From the IMG/VR virus record IMGVR_UViG_3300022928_000001: a stretch of DNA of 64,000 nucleotides. One strand, 5' to 3'. The position numbers and the translations under genes were made by a program. Of the stretch, positions 56,943-64,000 are shown one piece after another; the first letter of the stretch is position 1; every line of letters starts with the position of its first letter. The notes below the pieces were generated by a model that saw only the letters and a program-made list of their open reading frames with translations, had not been told where the DNA came from and did no database searches. Source of the stretch: an uncultured virus (IMG/VR IMGVR_UViG_3300022928_000001) (taxonomy: Duplodnaviria > Heunggongvirae > Uroviricota > Caudoviricetes).

Positions 56943-57217
56943 GTTCTATCTTCTACCCATCTTTCAGGGCTTTTATGCTTACTAAAGCTATCTTCTTCTT
57001 CGTAATCTTTAAGTATCTTTTCTTCAAGAGCGTTACTTGTTTCCATCTTAAGCTTTTGAATATAGTTTACAGCATCCATTAATTCTTCTTGTAAGTGATT
57101 AAGCCATTTATGTAAGCTAGGTTCATCATCGTGTAAAGTAACACCGTATTTTTTATAACCTACATCGCTTCGTTCTTTGAACTTATCGATTACTTGTTTA
57201 ATTATTTTATCACGCAT
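56936..57217 (-). CDS. All-alpha NTP pyrophosphatase-like protein
   Basis: GYKKYGVTL...WLNHLQEELMDAVNY. Confidence 0.55.
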   Translation of the reverse strand: MRDKIIKQVIDKFKERSDVGYKKYGVTLHDDEPSLHKWLNHLQEELMDAVNYIQKLKMETSNALEEKILKDYEEEDSFSKHKSPERWVEDRTW

Positions 57218-58004
57218 CTTTTACAAATGTTCCGTTAACCATCTTACCTGTGCGCCCAGCTATTACCTTATAAGCTGAATCTATACAGTCTTCTATATTA
57301 TATCCTTTAAGCTTAGCTAAGTTTGTTAAAACAACAACCATATCACCTATAGCATCTATAAATTCAGGCTCGTCGTTTTTTAATATAGCTTGAGCTAATT
57401 CTCCAGCTTCTTCCATAAGCTTAATATATTGTGTTCTTACGTCGCCGGTTTTATATATACCTTTTTCTTCAGCCCATTCTCTAATTAATTCAAATTGATC
57501 CTGATTAGAGTATAGCTTTTCTTTATCTTTTTGAAACGGGCCAGCCATGTGCATAGCTTTATTATATACAAAGCTACGGCTTTTATTAAACATAGATTCT
57601 TTAATATTGTCTAATATCCATTCTATTTTATCGGTTGAATCTATTTTAATATTGCCATATGGTGTTTCCCATTCAAGCTCCGCTAAAAATGCTCCATCAA
57701 TATCATTTTTTGATACAGCAAATGTAGTTGTTTGATCCGTTACATTAACTTGTTTACTCATAGGTTTTTTAAATAATTTATCATAAGGTTTTATATCAAC
57801 TTTATAACCTAAGTCTTTTTGTAATTGTCTTTCAGCGTTAGCAGCCTCTTTTATATCATCTGTTTCAAATAATATTTCATATTCTCCAGGTTTAAAACCC
57901 TGTTCATCAACAACTCTTTTTTGTATATTAGTTGTACAGCCTATCTTTTTACCTAGTATATGATAAACTTTATATTTACCTGTGCTTACTGCTGATATTC
58001 CCAT
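57210..58004 (-). CDS. GIY-YIG-like domain fused to MazG-like pyrophosphohydrolase
   Basis: YKVYH...KIGCTTNIQKR...E; C-terminal KLMEEAGELA...DAIGDMVVVL. Confidence 0.75.
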   Translation of the reverse strand: MGISAVSTGKYKVYHILGKKIGCTTNIQKRVVDEQGFKPGEYEILFETDDIKEAANAERQLQKDLGYKVDIKPYDKLFKKPMSKQVNVTDQTTTFAVSKNDIDGAFLAELEWETPYGNIKIDSTDKIEWILDNIKESMFNKSRSFVYNKAMHMAGPFQKDKEKLYSNQDQFELIREWAEEKGIYKTGDVRTQYIKLMEEAGELAQAILKNDEPEFIDAIGDMVVVLTNLAKLKGYNIEDCIDSAYKVIAGRTGKMVNGTFVKDA

Positions 58005-58342
58005 CTTACAATATAATATTTGTTATCTTGACCTCTAAGCAAAGCATCTCTTTTTATTTCGCCTGGTCTAATCATATAATCAGATTTCCAATTAGATTCA
58101 ATAACTGCATCCATATCAGAATCTGATTCAAAAGAATCTATAACTTTAGCTTTAAGCATTATACTTTCATAATCACCTTCATACCTAGGTAAATAATCTG
58201 ATGTTGCTATAATTTTACCTTGTTGTACTGGAGCAATATAAAAATCGTCTGTCATTGTAACAAATTGTGACCCTGAATAATATACATAATCAAATTGTGC
58301 AAATGTAAATAAAGGTAATAATAATAATAATAATATTCTCAT
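57986..58342 (-). CDS. Exported protein with signal peptide
   Basis: MRILLLLLLPLFTFA|Q, Bacteroidota-style Gln after cleavage site. Confidence 0.7.
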   Translation of the reverse strand: MRILLLLLLPLFTFAQFDYVYYSGSQFVTMTDDFYIAPVQQGKIIATSDYLPRYEGDYESIMLKAKVIDSFESDSDMDAVIESNWKSDYMIRPGEIKRDALLRGQDNKYYIVRWEYQQ

Positions 58343-58352
58343 AATTTTAGTT

Positions 58353-59174
58353 TTAAGTTCCTACTGATAATTTTGCTTTTATTGGTTTATGCGGGTCGTA
58401 ATCAAACAACATCACATCATTTATTTTTGGTAATACTAGTTCATTATCTCTTTCAAATATTCCACAACCTAATTTTACTTTAGGTGGTTTTTTAATGCTC
58501 CTAGAAAGCTGTTCTTTAACTTGCTCAAAATGATTATTATATATATGACAATCACCTAAACTAATAGTTAGTCTTCTTGGTTCTAATAAAGCTCCTTTAG
58601 CAAGCATTTCTAATAACAAGCCATACATTGCAATATCATAAGGCAAGCCTAAAAATAAATCTGCTGATCTTTGTTGAAGCATTAAATCTAAGTGTGTACC
58701 ATCACTATATAGTTGGAAACTATGGTGACAAGGAGGCAATACCATATCAGGCATATCAACTGGGTTCCACGCAGATAGCATAAGTCTACGAGAGGTGGGA
58801 TTTTCTTTGAGTTCTCTAACAACGGCTCTAAGCTGATCAACACCATTAAAATTGCGCCACTGATGCCCATATACAGGTCCCAATGTGCCATCCGTTCTTC
58901 CTGATCTTTTATAATCGGCGTCCCAATACCTAACGCCGTTAGAATGAAGATAATCAAGATCGACACGACCGTTGATGATCCATAATATCTCCGCAATAGC
59001 ATTTTTAAAATATATTTTTTTAGTTGTTAATAAAGGAAATCCTAAAGCCATATCATGCCTGATAACTCTGCCAAACACTGATTTTGTTCCAGTTCCTGTT
59101 CTATCTGGTTTATCATAACCTCCATGCAATGTGCCTGAAAGTAAACCTAAGTATTCTTCTTCTATATTAATCAT
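58353..59174 (-). CDS. thyA: Thymidylate synthase
   Basis: DRTGTGT, FPLLTTKK, LPPCH, QRSADLFLGLP, GDCHIYNNH. Confidence 0.97.
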   Translation of the reverse strand: MINIEEEYLGLLSGTLHGGYDKPDRTGTGTKSVFGRVIRHDMALGFPLLTTKKIYFKNAIAEILWIINGRVDLDYLHSNGVRYWDADYKRSGRTDGTLGPVYGHQWRNFNGVDQLRAVVRELKENPTSRRLMLSAWNPVDMPDMVLPPCHHSFQLYSDGTHLDLMLQQRSADLFLGLPYDIAMYGLLLEMLAKGALLEPRRLTISLGDCHIYNNHFEQVKEQLSRSIKKPPKVKLGCGIFERDNELVLPKINDVMLFDYDPHKPIKAKLSVGT

Positions 59175-59446
59175 TGTTTATCATAATAGTATTTACACAT
59201 TTCAAACATTGCATCCCAAACCTGATTTTTATCATATATATGTTTGCTTTTATAAACTTTTTTATAATTATCAGGTGTTGAAATACCTATATACCATTTA
59301 CCCGGAGTATTTTGTATACCTATAGGACTTATTATAATATTGCTTTTAACGCAATAATCATAATATTTTTGTTGTTCTTTTGATATGTTAAATTCAGGTA
59401 ATTTATATTTAGCCTGTTCTTTTTGTCTTTTAGTTAAAGTTCCCAT
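59171..59446 (-). CDS. Hypothetical protein
   Basis: ORF track; overlaps both neighbours. Confidence 0.7.
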   Translation of the reverse strand: MGTLTKRQKEQAKYKLPEFNISKEQQKYYDYCVKSNIIISPIGIQNTPGKWYIGISTPDNYKKVYKSKHIYDKNQVWDAMFEMCKYYYDKQ

Positions 59447-61140
59447 GGCATTTCATTTACCGCCACATTTTCATGAGGCACATAGTTACCACTTATATGG
59501 TCCCATTTGAAATGGGCTTCTGCCTGGTTTTCACCGAGGTTTTGAAATTTAACTTTAAGAACTTTAACTTTGACTGTTTTATTATTGTAATCCCTGTGAA
59601 CAAGCAAGCCATGATAAGAAGCATCATACCACTCACCACCTCCTTTAATAGAATACATAGTTGGTTCATCAATTGTGCCATCGTCTTTTTTATACATTTT
59701 AGTTGGATGTGCAACTATTATAACTAACACATCATACTTCTTAGCAAAAGCTTCTATTCTAGTTAAGTACTCCATAGTAGCATCAGGTATGCTCATTTTT
59801 TCAGCACCCTTCATTTTAACTTTATTATATGGATCAATAACTAAACACTTTATTCCTTTGCGTTTAACAAGTTCTGCGCCTTTAGCTAAAACAGCATCTA
59901 AATCATATCTTTCGTTTTCAATAAAATAAAAGTTATCGTTTACTAAAGATTTTACATCATTCCATTTATTGCTACCTATATCCTCTTTACTTGGCATCCA
60001 ATTGCCTATTTTGCGCATTAATTTATGAGCATGTAAGAATGTAGGTTTATTTTCTGGAGACGCAAAAGCAGTTTTCCAACCATATTTTAATTGGTATCCC
60101 ACCACCATTCTATCAACAAAATCAGACTTCCCGCTGCTAGGAACGCCTGTAACGGTGATGAATTGTCCCGTGTAAGTACTGAATATGCTATCAAAGTTAT
60201 CAAGACCGACTTGATACCCAGGTTTAAAACCTTCTTGAATAAATTCCTGTAGTTCATCGTCTATATCATTTAATGTTATTACGTTTTCAAGAGGAACAGG
60301 GCTAGCTTCATTAACAAGACGCTTGAGCATAGACCCGCCGTAAGCCATAATATATTCATTAGCATCTTTGAGACCTGAGAAGTTAAGTGTATAGCATACT
60401 TCAGCTCCAAAACGTCTAATGAGTTCTTGTTGTAAATTTTGGCCGGCTTCATCTCCGTCAACGGCAATGATGATTTTCTTTTTGTCATTGAAATATTCAA
60501 TGCAATTGTCGAGGTAATCAAGATTAAGGCGATTAAGAGTAGCTCCGTTTGGTACAGAGACCACACTATCGATCTTAGATTCCACAAAAGATAAAGCATC
60601 CATCTCGCCTTCCACAATAACAACATAGTCGTGCCCAACAGTGCTATCAATATTATAGAATACTTTTTCTGCCCCTTTAACAAGTTTAAAATTCTTTCTA
60701 CCATCTCTATATTTTATATTTATAAGTTCATTATTAATAAAATAATTGAATTGAATTGTGTTCTCTTCTTTAGATGTTTGAGGCATCCATTCAGGACCCT
60801 CTGTAATTTTCATTTTAATTAAAGTACGTTGTGATATTCCTCTACTTTCAAACCATTTAACAGCCCTGTCGCTAAGCATTACATCATTCTTCCACTCTGG
60901 TTTTATATAAACCTTATCAGCTTCTCCTTTGCGTTGAAAGGTATGTAATTGAAAAACCTCATCACAGTTCATACAAGTACCAAGACCACGATCCCAATCA
61001 TACATAGCGCATTTAGCTTTACGATTCTCGGGTTTTCTATCAGCAGAGCAAAGAGGGCATACACCCTCTTTTTTCCCTACCTCAAGATCATATTGATTGA
61101 ACTGGTCAATCTTAAAACCATTGATCTCTGTTGTATTCAT
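59434..61140 (-). CDS. Primase-helicase (T7 gp4/Twinkle-like)
   Basis: CPLC...CMNC zinc finger, EGEMDAL and DGDEAG TOPRIM, GVPSSGKS, VIDPYN, VAHP. Confidence 0.93.
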   Translation of the reverse strand: MNTTEINGFKIDQFNQYDLEVGKKEGVCPLCSADRKPENRKAKCAMYDWDRGLGTCMNCDEVFQLHTFQRKGEADKVYIKPEWKNDVMLSDRAVKWFESRGISQRTLIKMKITEGPEWMPQTSKEENTIQFNYFINNELINIKYRDGRKNFKLVKGAEKVFYNIDSTVGHDYVVIVEGEMDALSFVESKIDSVVSVPNGATLNRLNLDYLDNCIEYFNDKKKIIIAVDGDEAGQNLQQELIRRFGAEVCYTLNFSGLKDANEYIMAYGGSMLKRLVNEASPVPLENVITLNDIDDELQEFIQEGFKPGYQVGLDNFDSIFSTYTGQFITVTGVPSSGKSDFVDRMVVGYQLKYGWKTAFASPENKPTFLHAHKLMRKIGNWMPSKEDIGSNKWNDVKSLVNDNFYFIENERYDLDAVLAKGAELVKRKGIKCLVIDPYNKVKMKGAEKMSIPDATMEYLTRIEAFAKKYDVLVIIVAHPTKMYKKDDGTIDEPTMYSIKGGGEWYDASYHGLLVHRDYNNKTVKVKVLKVKFQNLGENQAEAHFKWDHISGNYVPHENVAVNEMPWEL

Positions 61141-61141
61141 A

Positions 61142-61198
61142 TTAATCTTCGATTAAATCGTTATCTCCGTTATCTGCTACCCAATCATCCCAATCCAT
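61142..61198 (-). CDS. Putative 18-aa acidic peptide MDWDDWVADNGDNDLIED
   Basis: Fills the SSB-primase gap exactly; TAATG coupling. Confidence 0.45.
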   Translation of the reverse strand: MDWDDWVADNGDNDLIED

Positions 61199-61527
61199 TA
61201 AAATGGTAAATCAGGTTCTTGAGTCGCACCAGATATTGATTGTAACATATCTACATTAGACTGTTGAGGTTGCCCTTCTCTTGGAGCAGTAGTTACGTTT
61301 TGGCCATTAGTCCAAACAACTTTAACATTACCTAAATAAGATTTTTGAGCTTTAGCATCTCGTTCTTCTTTGGTTTGTTCGGTTTGTATATAACCTGAAT
61401 CTCCGTATTGACCAACCTCATCATTTAATACAATAGTAATCGGATAGTATTTACCCTTTTTACCCTCATAAATTTTTGACTTTTCAATTTTAGTTAAGTC
61501 AATGTTTGCTGAAATAATACTTGCCAT
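61198..61527 (-). CDS. Single-stranded DNA-binding protein (putative)
   Basis: IDLTKI...GKKGKY core, disordered tail ending DLPF. Confidence 0.75.
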   Translation of the reverse strand: MASIISANIDLTKIEKSKIYEGKKGKYYPITIVLNDEVGQYGDSGYIQTEQTKEERDAKAQKSYLGNVKVVWTNGQNVTTAPREGQPQQSNVDMLQSISGATQEPDLPF

Positions 61528-61694
61528 TAATATGTAGCTAATTGATTAAACATTCTTCTCATTTGATCTTTAGTAGCACCTGTTGTTCTACGTAAATTGT
61601 CCACCGCTTTTGTATGCGATTGATTGTTGTAAAAATTGTTTACGCTTGTGTTAACTCCTGTTACGTCACAAACTTTTTTTCTGGTTCTTCCCAT
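61527..61694 (-). CDS. Hypothetical protein (55 aa, MGRTRKKVCDVTG...)
   Basis: Translated by hand; TAATG coupling to SSB. Confidence 0.65.
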   Translation of the reverse strand: MGRTRKKVCDVTGVNTSVNNFYNNQSHTKAVDNLRRTTGATKDQMRRMFNQLATY

Positions 61695-61709
61695 AATATT
61701 AAATTTAAA

Positions 61710-62441
61710 TTAAAGTGTTTTGGAGATATAATATTGGCTAAAATCTCCGTCGCCATTTACAAAAAACTCATTATAAGCCTGAACTGCTTTAGCAACTTTG
61801 TTTTGTCCAGACTGCAAAAATCTTTCGCTGCAATCAAACAATCCAGTTTGTAATGTTTTTTTATCTATCACTATAAATACTAATTCATAACCAAACATTT
61901 TAGAATAAATATATGCTTGACTATCATAATTATATTTATAGGCTGAATTAGCAAAGGCATTTATATTGTTTGTAGTCTTAAGATCAATAACTAATTGATG
62001 ACTATGATTAACAATATCTGCTTTACCTTTCCATTGCATACCTTCTAATTCAGTTATACCTGGCAGTTCGTATTCAACTGCACCTTCTTGTATTAGATCT
62101 CTAAATAAATCATTATCTAATACTTTTTCACGCATCAATTCTATAGCATCAGCTTCGTGTTCAAGCAAGCATATATCTTCCCCTGCTATCTCCTTATAAG
62201 CTTTTGTATTACGTGTTGATGATTTTACTATTTTATATTTATCAAGCTTGTGAGGCTCTAATATTGTTGTATGAAAATATCCTCCGATTAAAAAAGCGGG
62301 ATTAGGTGGTGAAGGTTTTTTAAATTCTAAAGGATTATTTAAGAGAGCTGATATATCACTATTGCTTAAATAAGTTTTACCAAACTCTCCATAATAATCT
62401 TCGTCATTACGTAACCTTTCAATTGCTTTTTTATTATTCAT
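61710..62441 (-). CDS. PD-(D/E)XK exonuclease (RecE/ExoVIII-like)
   Basis: LSNSDI, GGYFHTTILEP, KGKADI, IDLKTT, YDSQAYIY. Confidence 0.85.
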   Translation of the reverse strand: MNNKKAIERLRNDEDYYGEFGKTYLSNSDISALLNNPLEFKKPSPPNPAFLIGGYFHTTILEPHKLDKYKIVKSSTRNTKAYKEIAGEDICLLEHEADAIELMREKVLDNDLFRDLIQEGAVEYELPGITELEGMQWKGKADIVNHSHQLVIDLKTTNNINAFANSAYKYNYDSQAYIYSKMFGYELVFIVIDKKTLQTGLFDCSERFLQSGQNKVAKAVQAYNEFFVNGDGDFSQYYISKTL

Positions 62442-63033
62442 TAAGTTGTTCTAAAGCCTCAGCTGTTATAGTATATTTTTCTTGAAGTGTTTTCATTAAA
62501 CCTCCATTTGCTAAAAACTTTTTAGCTTGATCAATATTCTTCATATTAATTAAAGGTTTTTTGTTTTGCATAATTTTATTTTCAAGATTATTAACTTGAG
62601 CTTTTAATGTTTGCCGCTGCATATCACGGCCATGCGTATTTGTCGCATCCGAATCAGCTGTATCATCAATAAGCAATAAATTACCTAAAGCATATTTTTT
62701 ACCATAAGAAGATGCTGAACCAAACTTTTGTGGCATTTGCATACCCTTTTGATTAAGATCAACACCTACAATAGCAGTGCCTTCAATTTGATCACCAGTC
62801 TCAGCATCTACAATTGTAGCAGTACTATGAATTATAGGAAATTCAGATCCTAGTGTTAAGTTCTCTCTTATTGTAACATAAACACCGTACTTCTCATTAT
62901 ATGGTTTTAATGCTTCTAATATATCTTCCGCAGATCGGAACATATAGTTGCCAAAATTATTTTTTCTAGACTTTTTAGCTTTAAAGTCTGCCTGAATAGC
63001 ACTAAGCTTCTCTCGTATGTTCATTAGATTCAA
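62434..63033 (-). CDS. ERF-family single-strand annealing protein
   Basis: FGNYMFRSAEDILEALKP, GSASSYGKKYAL, DDTADSD; start may be ATG 63024. Confidence 0.88.
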   Translation of the reverse strand: MNLMNIREKLSAIQADFKAKKSRKNNFGNYMFRSAEDILEALKPYNEKYGVYVTIRENLTLGSEFPIIHSTATIVDAETGDQIEGTAIVGVDLNQKGMQMPQKFGSASSYGKKYALGNLLLIDDTADSDATNTHGRDMQRQTLKAQVNNLENKIMQNKKPLINMKNIDQAKKFLANGGLMKTLQEKYTITAEALEQLNE

Positions 63034-63127
63034 TTATTTGATAGTTAATATAAATTCCGTTTTTATAATATGTTACAATTCCATCTCCCGTGACTTTTGT
63101 AACTTCATCATCAATAAAACCTTCCAT
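63002..63127 (-). CDS. Hypothetical protein (41 aa, MEGFIDDEVT...)
   Basis: Translated by hand; fills gap. Confidence 0.5.
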   Translation of the reverse strand: MEGFIDDEVTKVTGDGIVTYYKNGIYINYQIIESNEHTREA

Positions 63128-63129
63128 AA

Positions 63130-63480
63130 TTAAGATGTTAGATCGTAAATGATGTTATCCTTTTTAAATAATCTCCGCTTATTATATTTTTTTATTGTAC
63201 CGAAGATTGTTTGCCCATCTACTAAAGTGTTGTTGTGATAAGAATGTTCGTGCCATATTTTTTCTTTTTGATTTACGCCGATGCCGGTTAATTGTTGGTT
63301 AGTTATTGGAATATATTTGCCACCTGATACTGCATTAACAGTGCTTAAATTATAATTAGGTTGCTTTTGCTTAGGTGCATTATCTTTATAAGAATTAGGT
63401 GGTTGATCACCTTGTCTTACAAACTGCAATTCATCTATTGTCGATAGACAATATTTATATTTACTTTTAAATTTATACAT
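63130..63480 (-). CDS. Hypothetical protein
   Basis: Track ORF 63130..63495; first ATG at 63480. Confidence 0.65.
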   Translation of the reverse strand: MYKFKSKYKYCLSTIDELQFVRQGDQPPNSYKDNAPKQKQPNYNLSTVNAVSGGKYIPITNQQLTGIGVNQKEKIWHEHSYHNNTLVDGQTIFGTIKKYNKRRLFKKDNIIYDLTS

Positions 63481-63481
63481 A

Positions 63482-63512
63482 ATATTATAGTGCAATTTTA
63501 CGTTAAAGGGAC
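63482..63512 (-). promoter_or_regulatory. Class II promoter motif, copy 2
   Basis: GTCCCTTT-N9-TTGCACTATAATAT fills the gap between sigma gene and replication operon. Confidence 0.7.
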
Positions 63513-63513
63513 C

Positions 63514-63999
63514 TTAATCTTTATAAATTTTCAATTTATTTTCTGCCCAATCATATACTTTTGACGATGACTTAATGCCGTTGGTAACTACAAAATAAGC
63601 TAATTCATTAAGTGCATCATCATTTGATCTTAGTTTAGTTAATAAACGTTGTTTTTGTTTCTTAACATTCTCTACATTCATACTAAAATATGAAGCTATG
63701 TCTTTGATTTTCTTAGGTTTAGAATATATATCATCTAAGCCATAAAACATTTCTATCATAACATGGTATTTAGGTACATACTTTAATAGCCAACCTTTTA
63801 AAAATTCACCCAGTTTTTCGTAATCATAATCGTATACTTCTTCGTCTATAACAGATAGTACATCATTATCAAACCACTGAGGAAACAATACAGTTATAAA
63901 TCCAAAACCATTTGAATAACGTTTTTTGTCTTCATTATTCCAAACACCTTTTATAGGCCGCTTTGATCCGTCTGCATTTTTTTTAACTTCATCTGCAAC
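63514..63999 (-). CDS. Phage sigma70-family factor (5'-truncated by window)
   Basis: Frame open to window edge; MIEMFYGLDD...KKIKDIASYFSMNVENVKKQKQRLLTKLR matches sigma region 4 HTH. Confidence 0.75.
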   Translation of the reverse strand, partial: VADEVKKNADGSKRPIKGVWNNEDKKRYSNGFGFITVLFPQWFDNDVLSVIDEEVYDYDYEKLGEFLKGWLLKYVPKYHVMIEMFYGLDDIYSKPKKIKDIASYFSMNVENVKKQKQRLLTKLRSNDDALNELAYFVVTNGIKSSSKVYDWAENKLKIYKD

Positions 64000-64000
64000 T

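Noticed and set aside
52902..60704. Same-strand +1 frame ORFs of 100-140 aa inside nrdA, nrdB, thyA and primase, some hydrophobic
   Set aside because: All in the stop-poor +1 frame of conserved genes, where AT-rich codons yield Ile/Leu/Met; no independent support
1..64000. Stop-codon reassignment as in some crAss-like phages
   Set aside because: Long genes are intact in the standard code; TAG and TGA both end genes at sensible positions (e.g. 31744, 25143, 5578)

Overview
Most of the genome of an AT-rich lytic podovirus, most likely infecting a Bacteroidota (flavobacterial) host. The gene set (GroEL/GroES, crAss-related terminase/portal/capsid/ring/muzzle genes, giant ejection protein) resembles Cellulophaga phage phi38:1-like marine phages. 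All assignments are by eye from motifs and synteny, not database searches. Three blocks: (1) 1-3202, minus-strand early genes, including a T7 Ocr-like DNA mimic, a DksA/TraR-like zinc finger and a 76-nt tmRNA-TLD-like RNA, with four copies of a fixed-spacing promoter motif; (2) 3637-52571, plus-strand late block (small basic proteins, chaperonins, tail fibres, lysis, packaging, head, tail, ejection proteins); (3) 52615-64000, minus-strand block (RNR, ThyA, MazG, primase-helicase, SSB, ERF/exonuclease, truncated sigma factor), converging on block 2 at a bidirectional terminator. No virion RNA polymerase or DNA polymerase was recognised in the window. Best candidate for an undescribed system: a sigma-factor cascade in which a sigma-like module inside the 2486-aa virion protein is injected with the DNA and reads the non-host-type early promoters (TACGTTACAA-N13-GTGATAATATA), and a second phage sigma reads a second promoter class (GTCCCTTT-N9-TTGCACTATAATAT). 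This is inference and needs profile/structure searches.
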